Source of the DNA: Selaginella moellendorffii
Lineage: Eukaryota; Plantae; Lycopodiophyta
Assembly (NCBI RefSeq): GCF_000143415.4
Contig: NW_003314382.1
Span: forward strand, 336,477 to 400,209
Length of the DNA stretch: 63,733 nucleotides
Direction of reading: 5' to 3'
Under the pieces are notes generated by a model. It had not been told where the DNA came from and did not search any database. It was given only the letters and a program-made list of their open reading frames with translations. Of this stretch, positions 62,503-63,733 are shown in pieces. Both the position numbers and the translations under genes were made by a program. Each line of letters starts with the position of its first letter. Position 1 is the stretch's first letter.

Positions 62503-63733
62503 ACTTGATGAAAGCAACAAAACCATCGAGCTCACTCTTTGGAGATCAATTATCATCTCCTCCTTTGAAGCAATGAGCAGTAGGCCTTGATTGCATCCAG
62601 AAGTACTAGAGATAGTCTGCAAAAGCAAGTTTGACACCAATTATTTTGGCAACACAAAAGAAAAAGAAGAAAAATAAACTCAAGTTTCAAAATTTATAGA
62701 GATCCATACAATCCAAATCAAGATCAATCCTCCACGAACTTAATGCTGCTTTCAGCACCTCCAAGCTCTGCTGAAAAACGTAGCCACGGTATGCGACAAT
62801 TGTTTGCTTGAAAATCTGAAGATGTCAATCGAAGCATGCAAGCAAAAACATGAAGAAGTGCCGGTGGACAACAAAGGAGATGAACTGAGCGAGGCCAAGA
62901 ACACATATAAAGACTGAATGTAAGCATGTGAGGCCTTGCGTGGTTTTTTCCTCTGTGCGTGGCTTCATGTGCAAAGAGTTTGGTGTGGTAAGGTGTGTTG
63001 TGGAGCAGCCAGAAGCCCAGGGTGAATATAAGTACGTGAGGCCTTTGTGAGGTTTTACCACCGCCTGAGGACTCCTGTGCATGGGCCCCGGGTGAGAGTC
63101 ATTTGCGAAAGTGTCCTGCATGAAACTGGTGCCCTGAGGCTTCTGGCCGTGTTGCCCCATGAAGAGCATTTTTTATTTAATTTGTGTAGAGTGTGGTTTA
63201 TTTTTGCATATTGAGTGTATCGATATCTTTTAGTTAGCAGATTATATTGAAGAACTGAAGACTACCTACAGTTAAGTGCATGCAGCAACAGATCATATAA
63301 AAAATGAATGCAGAGAATAACAAATCGGGATTTCTAGGAAGTTCGTGCGTGTTGTTAGTAATAATAATAATAATCATAAAAACCCAGTTAGAAGATTGTC
63401 TGAAAATTATGCATGGATTGCTGCTGGCTCACTTTCTATATATATCAAAGAGATTTTTTTTTTAACAATAAACATCTAAGCTGCTGCAGTTAAGCTGTGA
63501 CATTGTAAAGTTTAAAAAGGAAAAGAATTAGAAAAAGAAAAAACAGAAAACACGAGCTTTTCCGTTAAGTAATAACAAATCGGGATTTCTAGGGTATGCG
63601 TGTGGCGCTAAGGTTTGTGTGGTGTGTGTCATTTCTCAACAATCTCATGGAGTGGAAAACGTTTTTCAGGGATCCCACTTTCTGGTGGGACAACAGGTTC
63701 AAGAAGAAAAACAAGTTCTTCTCAGAGTCCTAC

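Noticed and set aside
62510-63733. Short ORFs and a 23-bp direct repeat (AATAACAAATCGGGATTTCTAGG at ~63317 and 63571)
   Set aside because: No recognisable product or element structure, and the window ends.

Overview
This is eukaryotic land-plant nuclear DNA, most likely a lycophyte such as Selaginella. That is inferred from the ~45-70 bp introns, very tight gene packing and many intronless PLS/E-class PPR genes. GC-richer gene islands alternate with AT-rich, CpG-depleted TE graveyards. Protein genes: a multi-exon phototropin, five intact-looking PPR genes and two PPR pseudogenes, mitoribosomal mS34, arogenate dehydratase, an EGY2-like M50 protease, a laccase, thylakoid lumen TL17 and MPH2/TL16.5, a plant zinc-finger protein, three small HUP9-like Cys-containing membrane peptides and an RPS3a pseudogene. 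RNA genes: tRNA-Lys(CUU) and an intron-containing tRNA-Tyr(GUA). TEs: three copies of one short-LTR Ty3/gypsy family (one full length at 43070-49793 with a 4-bp TSD), two related 1.5-1.7 kb solo-LTR-like inserts, and Cassandra-type TRIMs carrying 5S rRNA-derived sequence. Most notable: (1) a Crinkler/RHS-type P-loop NTPase + restriction-endonuclease-like gene sitting between the two halves of a tandem EGY2/laccase duplication; (2) a PEG10-like -1 frameshift signal (slippery heptamer plus H-type pseudoknot) at the gypsy gag-pol junction; (3) 5S-containing Cassandra TRIMs in a nested stack; (4) two PPR ORFs coupled by an ATGA stop-start overlap. All family assignments come from motif recognition by eye; no searches were run.
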